The notes beneath the pieces were generated by a model. That model was not told the DNA's origin, made no database searches, and saw only the letters and a program-made list of their open reading frames with translations. Source: Patescibacteria group bacterium (GTDB taxonomy: Bacteria; Patescibacteriota; Patescibacteriia; JAHIZJ01). From it: a stretch of 55,169 nucleotides of DNA. Made by a program: the position numbers and the translations under genes. The stretch is taken from NCBI GenBank assembly GCA_028714495.1, contig JAQTMH010000006.1, positions 1 to 55,169 on the forward strand. Reading direction: 5' to 3'. This document shows, piece after piece, positions 18,414 to 26,774 of this stretch; position 1 is the first letter of the stretch; each line of letters begins with the position of its first letter.

Positions 18414-18432
18414 ATGAGAAGAGGGGCACTGT

Positions 18433-18472
18433 AAAAAACAAAACTACTCTAATTTTTGTAGAGTAGTTTTGC
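18433..18472 (-). terminator. Intrinsic terminator after pilin paralog 2
   Basis: On the minus strand: AAAACTACTCT ... AGAGTAGTTTT stem followed by a T-run. Confidence 0.65.
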
Positions 18473-18506
18473 CTTATTCTATCGCGCGATTTTATTCTAG
18501 AAAATA

Positions 18507-18893
18507 CTAAGCGTTGTTTCCGGCATTGAGAAGGCCACCGGCCACAAACCAAACGATCGCCCAAGCGAGCAGAATGATTACTAAACCAATTATGGCCGCT
18601 GAGATTACCTTCTTAGCTGAACCAACACGCTCTTCATTGCCAGCCGCAGTCAGCCAGATAATACCGCCGTAGATAATCATAATAACCGCGACTAAAGCGA
18701 GAAAGCCGAGAATGTATTGGAGGATAGTGGTTATTTGTTCGGCCAGAGGCTTATCAGAAAAACCAATGCTATTTCCGACTTCTTGGTTGCCAATATTCAA
18801 GGCCAACGCAGTGGTTGGGGCGAAAGCCAATAAAAGCAGTCCAGTTAAACCGAGGTAAGGCATAATTTTTACTAGTTTTTTCATGGTTTTCAC
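18507..18893 (-). CDS. TrbC/VirB2-like mini-pilin, paralog 2
   Basis: Signal peptide ending in ALA, then IYGGIIWLTAAGNEERVGSAKKVI between two TM helices. Confidence 0.7.
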   Translation of the reverse strand: MKTMKKLVKIMPYLGLTGLLLLAFAPTTALALNIGNQEVGNSIGFSDKPLAEQITTILQYILGFLALVAVIMIIYGGIIWLTAAGNEERVGSAKKVISAAIIGLVIILLAWAIVWFVAGGLLNAGNNA

Positions 18894-18945
18894 CCCCTTT
18901 CAGATTTTTTTTAGCTGTTTAATTAAGAATTATTATAACAATGGC

Positions 18946-18974
18946 ATTGTACATCAAAAAAACAATTTTGTCAA
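18946..18974 (-). promoter_or_regulatory. Candidate promoter of pilin paralog 2
   Basis: On the minus strand: TTGACA - 17 nt - TACAAT. AAAGGGGTG Shine-Dalgarno sequence before the ATG. Confidence 0.55.
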
Positions 18975-18998
18975 ATCCACCTGAAATTATCAACCTGT

Positions 18999-19331
18999 TT
19001 ATTTAAATGCCCCGACGACAAAGTTTATTACTGCCAGACTGAGGAAAGCGATCACCATGCCGAGCAAAGCCCAGACGATCGTATCTTTGGCCTTTTTCAG
19101 CTGTTCTGGATTACCGGCTGAATAGATGTATTGAAAGCCGCCGTAGATCACCATCACCAGGGCGAAAAGAGACATAATGCCCAAGAAGCCAGTGATGATT
19201 TTCACCACTAAATCTGTTCCTGTGGCAGTATCACCCAGCGGGTTGTTTAAAGCAGCTTCCTCAGCCAAGGCGGTAAGCGGAGCGAGGCAGAACATGAGGC
19301 CGGATAAAACGATAGAAGAAAAAGTTTTCAT
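18999..19331 (-). CDS. TrbC/VirB2-like mini-pilin, paralog 3
   Basis: Signal peptide, then IYGGFQYIYSAGNPEQLKKAKDTI between two TM helices. Starts 11 nt after the solute-binding protein gene. Confidence 0.7.
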   Translation of the reverse strand: MKTFSSIVLSGLMFCLAPLTALAEEAALNNPLGDTATGTDLVVKIITGFLGIMSLFALVMVIYGGFQYIYSAGNPEQLKKAKDTIVWALLGMVIAFLSLAVINFVVGAFK

Positions 19332-19342
19332 AAGTATAAAAA

Positions 19343-20749
19343 TTATTCTTTGAGTTTTTCGTTCTGGTTAATCATTTTTTCGGCAGATTCCACCGCATCA
19401 CGAGCTTCAAACTCTTTGTTTACGACGCCGTCAATCATAATTTTGAAAACTTCCTCGACTTTTGTAAAGTCTCGGCCATGATACCACGAGACGCTAGTCA
19501 GAGCCTGGTTGATGAAAACCTCAACCTCAGGATCCTGCTCAGCCTGGATCGCCACTAATTCCCTAAGGGCCGAAGGGTTTTTAGTCGCGTTAAGATAACT
19601 GACCACGGCGTTTTTAGAAGTGGCATAGTACAAAAAGTCCCAAGCTTGGTTTACGTTTTCTGAATTGTTGTAAACAGACTCGACCCAATAGTTGGCATAA
19701 TTAGTCTGTTGGTTGAGGCTGACTTGAGGGAGCGGGGCAATATCGAAATTGAGATTTGGCGCGGTATCTTTAATCTGTGGTTGGTGGTAGGCGTAACCCA
19801 GGAAGTAGGCTAGCTGTCCCTGGGTGAAGGCTTCAAAGGCATCAGGCAGATCAGCGTTCCAAGAGTAGGCTTGTTTGGCCGGATTGGCCAAATCAGTGTA
19901 GAAAGTTAGGGCCTGGGCGCCGGGCAGGAAGCTATCCCCCTCATCATTTTTTGTGGACTTTGACAGGGTCGAGCGAAAAACGTTTTTTTCGCTCAGGGTA
20001 CCCATCGACGTACCGTTTTGAAGCATAAGAAGTGATAACAGGTCGGTGTAGCGCGGGATATTGTCGGAAGCGCCGAGAGCAATCGCCGCTTGCGTTAGCT
20101 CGCCCGCGTCATTTTCTTTTACTAACTTTGGTACCTGGGTCAATAATTCATTCCAGGTTTTAGGCGGCAAAGGGATAGAGGCCCGGTCGAGAATATCTCG
20201 GTTATAGTAAAGAACCAGGTTATCGAAGCCCAGCGGTAGGCCATAAATCTGCGCTTCTCCTTTGGCATCATAAAAAATCACGTCACTAGCCACGGCTGGG
20301 ACAAAGGCCGCGGCCAGACTTTTGGCAGTATAGGTTTTTACCTCGTCAACAACCTTTCGCTGCTCTTTCTTGAAACCGCAGGCTTTCTGGGTCACCAGCT
20401 TTGGGATTTCGAGAGTGGCCGGAAGCGCAGCGATAAAATCACGGTATTCGCCCACCCAGGAATTGGGAATCGAAAAAATATCCGGTCCCTCGCCTCTGGC
20501 CCAAGCAGCCAACAGCTCATTTTTGTATTCTTCATATCTTAGCTTCCGGTATTCAAATTCCACATTTGGGTGAGTGGAACGGTAGCTTTTTATGATCTCA
20601 GCCAAAGAATCTTCTTCATCCCAAACCCGCCAAATCTTCAGCTTGATCGGCTTGAGCGTCGCGTCCTCGCTGCCGCAGCTGGCTCCGAGCAATACGATCG
20701 AGCTGAGCAGGAGAATGATTAATGTTAAACGAAGTGGCCGATGACGCAT
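19343..20749 (-). CDS. Extracellular solute-binding protein (ABC family 1, sugar-type), probable lipoprotein
   Basis: Signal peptide with ...LLGASCGS. 468 aa. Sequence style resembles carbohydrate-binding SBPs. No permease or ATPase gene is adjacent. Confidence 0.7.
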   Translation of the reverse strand: MRHRPLRLTLIILLLSSIVLLGASCGSEDATLKPIKLKIWRVWDEEDSLAEIIKSYRSTHPNVEFEYRKLRYEEYKNELLAAWARGEGPDIFSIPNSWVGEYRDFIAALPATLEIPKLVTQKACGFKKEQRKVVDEVKTYTAKSLAAAFVPAVASDVIFYDAKGEAQIYGLPLGFDNLVLYYNRDILDRASIPLPPKTWNELLTQVPKLVKENDAGELTQAAIALGASDNIPRYTDLLSLLMLQNGTSMGTLSEKNVFRSTLSKSTKNDEGDSFLPGAQALTFYTDLANPAKQAYSWNADLPDAFEAFTQGQLAYFLGYAYHQPQIKDTAPNLNFDIAPLPQVSLNQQTNYANYWVESVYNNSENVNQAWDFLYYATSKNAVVSYLNATKNPSALRELVAIQAEQDPEVEVFINQALTSVSWYHGRDFTKVEEVFKIMIDGVVNKEFEARDAVESAEKMINQNEKLKE

Positions 20750-21630
20750 TACCTTATCTTTTTTAAATATTTCCTAAGTTCCGGACCGAGAGAGTCATGT
20801 TTCAGACCCTCGAAAATATTTGCCTTCAGCCAACCAAGCTTAGAGCCAAGGTCATAAATTGTCCCGGTAAATTCACAAGCGAAGATTGAGCGCTTTTTCA
20901 TCAGGGCGAGAACCGCGTCGGCCAACCAAATCTCACCGCCTTTGCCGCTCCGAGTTTTTTTGAGGACCGGGAAAATATCCGGAGTAAAAACATAGCCCTT
21001 GAGAACGGCTAAATTAGACGGTGCCTCGGCTAAAGAAGGTTTTTCAATAATCCCCAGGACCTCGTGGACATTGTTCTTGATGTGCTTGTTTTTGATAATG
21101 CCGTATTTAGTGATGTCGCCTCTAGGGACGGCCAGGACGCCGATAACCGGAGATTGGTATTCTTGATAAACATCAATCATTTGTTTGATGCAGAGTTTTT
21201 TCGAAACAATATAATCGTCTGTCCAAACCACTACAAATGGTTCTTGTCCCAGCACGCTTTCAGCTTGTAAGACAGCGTCGCCATTGCCCAAGGGACGAGT
21301 TTGCCTGATATAAATAAAATTGGCCAGCTCGGATACGCCGATAACTTCAGCCAGTTCTTTTGACTTTTTTGCTAACCTAAGGCGCATTTCCAGATCGGCA
21401 TTGCGGTCAAAATGGTCTTCAATGGCACGCTTGCTCTGGCCGGTGATAAGAATAATATCAGTAATGCCGGATCTTACAGCTTCTTCCACCGCGATTTGGA
21501 CAGCCGGCTTGTCTATTACTGGTAGCATTTCCTTTGGCTGAGCTTTTGTCGCCGGCAAAAACCTGGTGCCATAGCCAGCAACCGGGATTATTGCTTTTGT
21601 GATCTTTGTGTTTAAGCCAGAGCTTTTCAT
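20749..21630 (-). CDS. galU: UTP--glucose-1-phosphate uridylyltransferase
   Basis: KAIIPVAGYGTRFLPATKAQPKEMLPV N-terminal motif. ATG at 21630 is chosen because 21631-21707 holds a terminator and a TGnTATTAT extended -10. 1-nt TAATG overlap with the downstream SBP gene. Confidence 0.85.
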   Translation of the reverse strand: MKSSGLNTKITKAIIPVAGYGTRFLPATKAQPKEMLPVIDKPAVQIAVEEAVRSGITDIILITGQSKRAIEDHFDRNADLEMRLRLAKKSKELAEVIGVSELANFIYIRQTRPLGNGDAVLQAESVLGQEPFVVVWTDDYIVSKKLCIKQMIDVYQEYQSPVIGVLAVPRGDITKYGIIKNKHIKNNVHEVLGIIEKPSLAEAPSNLAVLKGYVFTPDIFPVLKKTRSGKGGEIWLADAVLALMKKRSIFACEFTGTIYDLGSKLGWLKANIFEGLKHDSLGPELRKYLKKIR

Positions 21631-21676
21631 AAGATTGTGTGTACGTGATAATACCATAAAATAGGAAAAAAGTAAA

Positions 21677-21707
21677 TAAAAAGCCAAAGGCGAGCTAAAC
21701 GCCCGCC
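21677..21707 (-). terminator. Intrinsic terminator after the SOD gene
   Basis: On the minus strand: GGCGGGC-GTTTA-GCTCGCC stem, then TTTGGCTTTTT. Confidence 0.5.
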
Positions 21708-21739
21708 GAATGGTTTATTGTCTGTATTATTGCCAATAA

Positions 21740-22318
21740 TTACTTAAGACGTCCCTGAACCGAACCCCAATCAATCGCCCTGAAAAATGCGGCAATATAA
21801 TCAGCTCGTTTCAACCCATAATCAAGCATAAAGGCATGTTCAAAGACGTCGATGACCAAAAGCGGCAGACAGCCGGTCAAATGGCCAACGTCGTGCTCGT
21901 TTATCCAGACATTGAAGGTTTTTTGAGCGATTGGGTCATAAGTCAGAATTACCCAGCCGATACCTCGCAGTGAGGCCGTGGCTTTGAAATCTTTTTCCCA
22001 GTCTTGAATCGTGCCGAAGTCTTTGATGATTTGTTTGGCCAACGGGGAATCCGCGTCAAGCGATTTGGGAGTTTTCGATAAATTGCTGAAGTACAATTCG
22101 TGGAGCCGTAGTCCGTTAAACTCCCAGCCAAACCGGCGCTTGGTTTCGGCAAATTCCGGGGTGGCGGTTCGGTCAGCGGCTAAAAGTTCGCGAAGCAGAT
22201 CAGAAAGTTTATTGGTGTTTGTGACGTAGCCTTGATAGAGGGTAAAATGGTTTTTTAACAAGGTCTCGCTAAAACCCTCAAGGCCCAGAAGATGAGAGAA
22301 ATCTTTTGGTTCGTACAT
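21740..22318 (-). CDS. Fe/Mn-family superoxide dismutase
   Basis: Metal-ligand contexts LKNHFTLYQGYV, LRLHELYF and DVFEHAFMLDY (the D-x-x-E-H-A motif). Confidence 0.8.
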   Translation of the reverse strand: MYEPKDFSHLLGLEGFSETLLKNHFTLYQGYVTNTNKLSDLLRELLAADRTATPEFAETKRRFGWEFNGLRLHELYFSNLSKTPKSLDADSPLAKQIIKDFGTIQDWEKDFKATASLRGIGWVILTYDPIAQKTFNVWINEHDVGHLTGCLPLLVIDVFEHAFMLDYGLKRADYIAAFFRAIDWGSVQGRLK

Positions 22319-22340
22319 AGTTGGGTATTAATTTGTTAAA

Positions 22341-23342
22341 TTAGGGCAGTCGGAGAATATCCCGGCCGCCGATATTAATATAGTTGTTGATAGTATTTTG
22401 AACTTCGTCAGCGTTTTTGCAGGCCATGAGCTTGACGCGGAGCGCCTTGGCGCCATTAAAACCCGAAGCGTAGGCCTTGAAATGCTTTTTCATAGTATCA
22501 AAGTTTTTCTGTCCGCGATAAAGTTTTTCAAAGAGCCTAGTATGCTCGGCCAAGACCAGCAGCCTTTCTTTCAGGGAAATGTCTTCAATATGCTTTTTGG
22601 CATTGAAAAACCAGGGATTGCCAAAAATAGCCCGGCCGACCATTATGCCGTCAACCCCAGTTTCTTCGGTTCGCAGCCTGGCCTGATCCAGTGACTGGAT
22701 GTCGCCATTGCCGACAATAAGTGTTCGACTTTTTAGTTGATTGCGAATTTTTACGGCCAGGGCGATTAAATTCCAATCCGCCCGCACTTTTGACATCTGC
22801 ATCCGGGTGCGGGCATGGATGGTGAGAACAGCCGGCTCGGTCTGGAGCAGGCCGGGCAGCCACTCTTCGAGGATGTTGGAATTATATCCGATGCGAGTTT
22901 TTATTGAGACTGGGAGCGGGCCGGCCCCGCGTTTTGCCGCCTTGATTATTTCCCAGGCCAGCTTCGGATTTTTCATCAGGGCTGCTCCGGCGCCCTGTTT
23001 TTCGACAGCCCTGTCCGGACAGCCCATGTTGATGTCCAGGCCGTCAAAACCCAGTTTACGGATGAGCCTAGTTGATTCGTAAAATTGTTCCGGTTCAGAG
23101 CCCCAAACCTGGGCCACAATTGGCCGCTCTTTTCTCGTGAAATACAGAGTTTTCGCCACTTTGTCCCGGTTGAGCGAGGCTAGGCCGGCCACGGAAACAA
23201 ACTCAGTGAAAAAAACATCGGGCTTGCCGTATTTGGCGATGATCTGCCGAAAAGCCGAGTCAGTGACATCGGACATCGGGGCCAGGCACATAATCGGTTT
23301 TTTGAGTTTTGACCAGAAGCCGAGAGTGGTTTTTTTAGGCAT
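22341..23342 (-). CDS. dus: tRNA-dihydrouridine synthase
   Basis: LAPMSDVTDSAFRQI, DINMGCP (catalytic Cys) and the TIM-barrel FMN pattern. Confidence 0.85.
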   Translation of the reverse strand: MPKKTTLGFWSKLKKPIMCLAPMSDVTDSAFRQIIAKYGKPDVFFTEFVSVAGLASLNRDKVAKTLYFTRKERPIVAQVWGSEPEQFYESTRLIRKLGFDGLDINMGCPDRAVEKQGAGAALMKNPKLAWEIIKAAKRGAGPLPVSIKTRIGYNSNILEEWLPGLLQTEPAVLTIHARTRMQMSKVRADWNLIALAVKIRNQLKSRTLIVGNGDIQSLDQARLRTEETGVDGIMVGRAIFGNPWFFNAKKHIEDISLKERLLVLAEHTRLFEKLYRGQKNFDTMKKHFKAYASGFNGAKALRVKLMACKNADEVQNTINNYINIGGRDILRLP

Positions 23343-23515
23343 GGGTTAATGATAACACATTCGTAGTGATTTAGATTGACAAAGTTTTACTATTTATGAT
23401 AGTATAATTTGATTTCGCGGATTATCTGCGAAATAAGCTCTTTTGCAGGTACGGTAAGCCTTAGGCCCTGAAATACAGGATAAGAGGCAGGCCGTAGAGA
23501 GAAGGAGACAGAGAG

Positions 23516-24145
23516 ATGTCGGAGAGAGTCAAGGTTGATGAAATCGGTTTGTTTGTGGCGTTCAAGCTCTTCAGTCGGTTTGTCCAGGTGATCACTTCGC
23601 TGGTCAACGGGCTGAAGGAGCGTGGCGGCACACTCGATGATCTCTGGAAGATCTATCGCAGCGTGGATGTCCGGAATAGAATCCTGGACATACTCAAGAG
23701 CGTTGACATCAACTTGATCAGTCTTCGAATTGACTGGTCAGACACACCCTGTCGGGTTGCAAGGCGCTCAGCTCTGCCTCGGGAAGGAGTGCCCCACGAC
23801 TTCGTCAATGTCAAAGAGATGCGTAAGTACCCAGAAGACGGGCAGGGAACCTATCAGTACGCGCTCATCGACTCACCTGCATACTCGATGACACAAAGCC
23901 AACTGATGACATGGTGTGATGAACAGGGACATGTGCCAGCCTCTGCTCTGGAGCTCTGCACGCTGGTCTTGCAGAATGAGCGACCCAGTCAACTGCTCCA
24001 AGGGGTAAGAATAGTATCGATTGTCGCTCGCGATGATAAGAATCTCCAGTGTCCCTATGTGTATTATGACGGTTCCTGGGCGGGCGATTTCATAGATCCC
24101 GAACATGGCCGTGATGCGTTCAAGATCCTGGTCCGGGTCTCCTAG
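23516..24145 (+). CDS. Hypothetical protein (orphan plus-strand gene)
   Basis: 209-aa ORF. GAAGGAGA Shine-Dalgarno sequence about 8 nt upstream of the ATG. Its own terminator lies downstream. I recognise no family. Confidence 0.55.
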   Translation: MSERVKVDEIGLFVAFKLFSRFVQVITSLVNGLKERGGTLDDLWKIYRSVDVRNRILDILKSVDINLISLRIDWSDTPCRVARRSALPREGVPHDFVNVKEMRKYPEDGQGTYQYALIDSPAYSMTQSQLMTWCDEQGHVPASALELCTLVLQNERPSQLLQGVRIVSIVARDDKNLQCPYVYYDGSWAGDFIDPEHGRDAFKILVRVS

Positions 24146-24163
24146 TTCGTTCGCGAACACGAG

Positions 24164-24200
24164 AGCCGGTGAGTCAATTAGACTTGCCGGCTTTTTAATT
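24164..24200 (+). terminator. Intrinsic terminator of the 23516-24145 gene
   Basis: AGCCGGTGAGTC-AATTA-GACTTGCCGGCT stem followed by TTTTAATTTT. Confidence 0.65.
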
Positions 24201-24272
24201 TTGACTAGAAAAAACAACTTTTTTCAAATATTTCATTGGCGCGCAGGCAAGGAGACCCGCGCTCGGAGGGTA

Positions 24273-24695
24273 TTATTTTGATTTCTTTTTCTCCTTCTGT
24301 TTCTGATAATCCTCGACGGCTTTTTTCAAAGCGTTAGCGGCCAAGACCGAACAGTGAAGTTTAATCGGCGGAAGGCCGCCCAGCGATTTCACTATTTTTT
24401 GATTGTCGATTTTCAGAGCAGCTTGTAATGTCTTTCCTTTTACTAAATCAGTCAAAATACTGCTGGTCGCGATGGCGGCCACGCAGCCGAAGGTTTCGAA
24501 TTTCACGTCCTCAATATATTCTTTTCTCCCCTTTTTGCCGATCTTGAGATAAAGCCACATGACATCTCCGCAAACAGGATTGCCAACTTTGCCGATACCA
24601 TCAGGGTTTTTTATTCGGCCATAATTTTTTGGATTGGTGAAGCACTTAATTGCTTTTTTTGTGTAGAGTCCGGTTGTCGAAGCGTTCTTGGTCAT
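24273..24695 (-). CDS. nifU: Fe-S cluster scaffold protein (NifU N-terminal/IscU type)
   Basis: Three conserved Cys contexts: NPVCGDVM, FGCVAAIATSS and LHCSVLA. Confidence 0.85.
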   Translation of the reverse strand: MTKNASTTGLYTKKAIKCFTNPKNYGRIKNPDGIGKVGNPVCGDVMWLYLKIGKKGRKEYIEDVKFETFGCVAAIATSSILTDLVKGKTLQAALKIDNQKIVKSLGGLPPIKLHCSVLAANALKKAVEDYQKQKEKKKSK

Positions 24696-24696
24696 A

Positions 24697-25863
24697 TTAT
24701 TTATATGGAGAAATCTCCCTTAATTTGTTAATTATTCCTGGCAAGACTTTAAGAAGATAGTCGATTTCGGATTTTTTTGTCCAGCGGCCCAAGCTTATTC
24801 TCAGGGAACCGTGGGCTTGCTCGTGTTTTAAACCAAGCGCCAGCAGCACATGGCTGGGTTCCAATTTGGCAGAAGAGCAGGCTGAACCGGTTGAGGCGGC
24901 AATCCCTAGCAGATCAAGCTGGACTACCATTGATTCGCCCTCGACATGATCAAACCGGAAATTAATATTGTTGGGCAATCTTTTTCGGGTATGGCCGAGC
25001 AAATATGCATTGGGTATTCTTTTCAATACCCCCTGGATCAGCCCGTTTCTTAATTTGATTAGTCTGACAGATTCGTGGCTCATTTCCCGGCCGCAGATTT
25101 CACAGGCCTTGGCAAAACCGGCAATGGCCGGGACATTGACAGTCGAAGACCGTAGGCCCTTTTCCTGGCCGCCGCCGTGAAGAATTGGTTCAATTTTTAC
25201 GCCCTTTCTGACGTATAAACAAGCCGCTCCTTTTGGGCCGTACATTTTATGGGCTGAGGCAGTCAGCAGATCAATATTGTCTTTGACAACGTTAATCGGC
25301 ACCTTGCCGAAGCTTTGGGCGGCGTCAGTGTGGAAATAAACACCTTTAGCTCTGCAGATTTTGCCAATCGCCCTAATCGGCTGGATCGTTCCGATTTCAT
25401 TGGAGGCGTGGATTATGGAAACTAAGACGGTGTCGGATTTAATTGCCCCTTTTAATGCTGCCAGAGAGACTAGCCCGTATTTATCGACCGGCAATCTGGT
25501 GATTTCAAACCCCTGACTTTCTAGCCACTCGGCACTTTCCATGACACAGGGGTGCTCGATTTGGGAGATAATAATATGCTTGCCCTTTTTGTGGTTTGCC
25601 TCAGCCACTCCTTTCAGAGCCAGGTTATTGCTCTCGGTCGCTGAACTGGTAAAGATAATCTCTTCGGGATTGGCCTTGATCAAACCGGCAACTATGGCTC
25701 GGCTTGTTTCCAGGATATTTTTCGCTGACTGGCCAAACTGGTGCAGGGACATTGTATTCCCAAAATAGTTTTTATTATGAAAAGACACCGCTTGGATAAC
25801 TCTCGGATCAACTGGAGTGGCGGCCGCGTAATCGAAATAGTATTTTGTACCTCGCTTTATCAT
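24697..25863 (-). CDS. nifS: Cysteine desulfurase (NifS/IscS type)
   Basis: PLP lysine context SAHKMYGPKG and active-site Cys loop STGSACSS. 388 aa. Confidence 0.9.
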   Translation of the reverse strand: MIKRGTKYYFDYAAATPVDPRVIQAVSFHNKNYFGNTMSLHQFGQSAKNILETSRAIVAGLIKANPEEIIFTSSATESNNLALKGVAEANHKKGKHIIISQIEHPCVMESAEWLESQGFEITRLPVDKYGLVSLAALKGAIKSDTVLVSIIHASNEIGTIQPIRAIGKICRAKGVYFHTDAAQSFGKVPINVVKDNIDLLTASAHKMYGPKGAACLYVRKGVKIEPILHGGGQEKGLRSSTVNVPAIAGFAKACEICGREMSHESVRLIKLRNGLIQGVLKRIPNAYLLGHTRKRLPNNINFRFDHVEGESMVVQLDLLGIAASTGSACSSAKLEPSHVLLALGLKHEQAHGSLRISLGRWTKKSEIDYLLKVLPGIINKLREISPYK

Positions 25864-25877
25864 ATTTTTATGACTGA

Positions 25878-26285
25878 TTAAGGTTTTATCAATTGAGACA
25901 GTTTAATTTTTTGAAGTGCGTCATCTAAAGCGGTTTGGACCTTTTGCCAGGCGGTTTTTGACGGACAGCAGTTTTCAAGCGGGCAGGCTGAGGTTAGGCA
26001 ATCAACTACCCGGGCTTTGTCTGAGATGAGATTCATAACATCGAGCAGAGTTAAACGCGTAGGATTTTTTATCATCTGATAGCCGCCTGACCGGCCGCGC
26101 AGGCTTTTGACCCAGCGGGCTCGTCTGAAGGGGACGATTAACTGCTCCAAATACTTTACGGAAATGCGCTCATGCCGGCCTATGGCCGATAGGGTAACGG
26201 GCTTTTTCGAGTAGGTTTGCGCCAGCCAGATGGCCAGGCGCAGGCCATAGTGTTCGCGGGTAGATATTTTGCCGAAATAAGACAT
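25878..26285 (-). CDS. Rrf2-family transcriptional regulator (IscR-like)
   Basis: N-terminal winged HTH (YGLRLAIWLA...ISVKYLEQLI) and C-terminal Cys cluster CLTSACPLENCC. First gene of the nifS-nifU operon. Confidence 0.8.
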   Translation of the reverse strand: MSYFGKISTREHYGLRLAIWLAQTYSKKPVTLSAIGRHERISVKYLEQLIVPFRRARWVKSLRGRSGGYQMIKNPTRLTLLDVMNLISDKARVVDCLTSACPLENCCPSKTAWQKVQTALDDALQKIKLSQLIKP

Positions 26286-26347
26286 TTTCTATATTCCTAG
26301 TGATATAGTAGGATTATAGGATATAGATTATTTTATGTCAAACTTAG

Positions 26348-26578
26348 CCGCTTTTCTTGTCGCCAAGAAAAGCGGCAGAAAAGAAGCGCCGCCTCCGAAA
26401 GACAATAAGTACCAATGTCATCCCGGACTTGATCCGGGATCCCATTATCTCTGCCACAACGGGATACTGAAACAAGTTCAGTATGACATTAAGGGCGGCG
26501 CTTTTGTCACGTTTTTTCGAAAAGGGCGGTTTGAATCTAACCTATTTTTCCAATCGCTGACTCCGCAATGGGCGGAAA
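26348..26578 (+). repeat. Hairpin-rich composite intergenic element, copy A (candidate structured RNA)
   Basis: Perfect 12-bp hairpin at 26348-26375 and hairpins at 26421-26439 and 26464-26484. A 78-nt 3' module (26501-26578) matches 31745-31822 at 66 of 78 positions by hand alignment. Confidence 0.6.
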
Positions 26579-26634
26579 GCAAAACATATACGAGTGCCAC
26601 GGCTCGGCGAGGAATAAAAATACATTAATAGCTA

Positions 26635-26667
26635 GCGACAAGGCATCCCGCCTTGTCGTTTTGTTTG
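26635..26667 (+). terminator. Intrinsic terminator downstream of element A
   Basis: GCGACAAGG-CATCCCG-CCTTGTCG stem followed by TTTTGTTTG. Confidence 0.55.
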
Positions 26668-26696
26668 ACTTAAGCAAGGGGCGGTGAAAACGATTA

Positions 26697-26724
26697 TTGA
26701 CAAAATATGGATATTAGCTATACT
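26697..26724 (+). promoter_or_regulatory. Candidate promoter of the zinc-finger mini-gene
   Basis: TTGACA - 16 nt - TATACT, about 50 nt upstream of an AGGAGG Shine-Dalgarno sequence. Confidence 0.5.
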
Positions 26725-26774
26725 TGGCACGGTTCCAGTTACCCTTTTCGGGATAGGTTGACCAGGAGGGATGA

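Noticed and set aside
23376-23408. TTGACA ... TATAAT upstream of the orphan gene at 23516.
   Set aside because: The spacer is 21 nt, too long for a standard sigma70 promoter. It is not listed as a feature, and the real promoter is undetermined.
26335-26628. 97-aa ORF spanning hairpin element A.
   Set aside because: It reads straight through perfect DNA hairpins. The homologous element B has frame breaks and stops across the conserved module, so conservation is at the nucleotide level, not the protein level.
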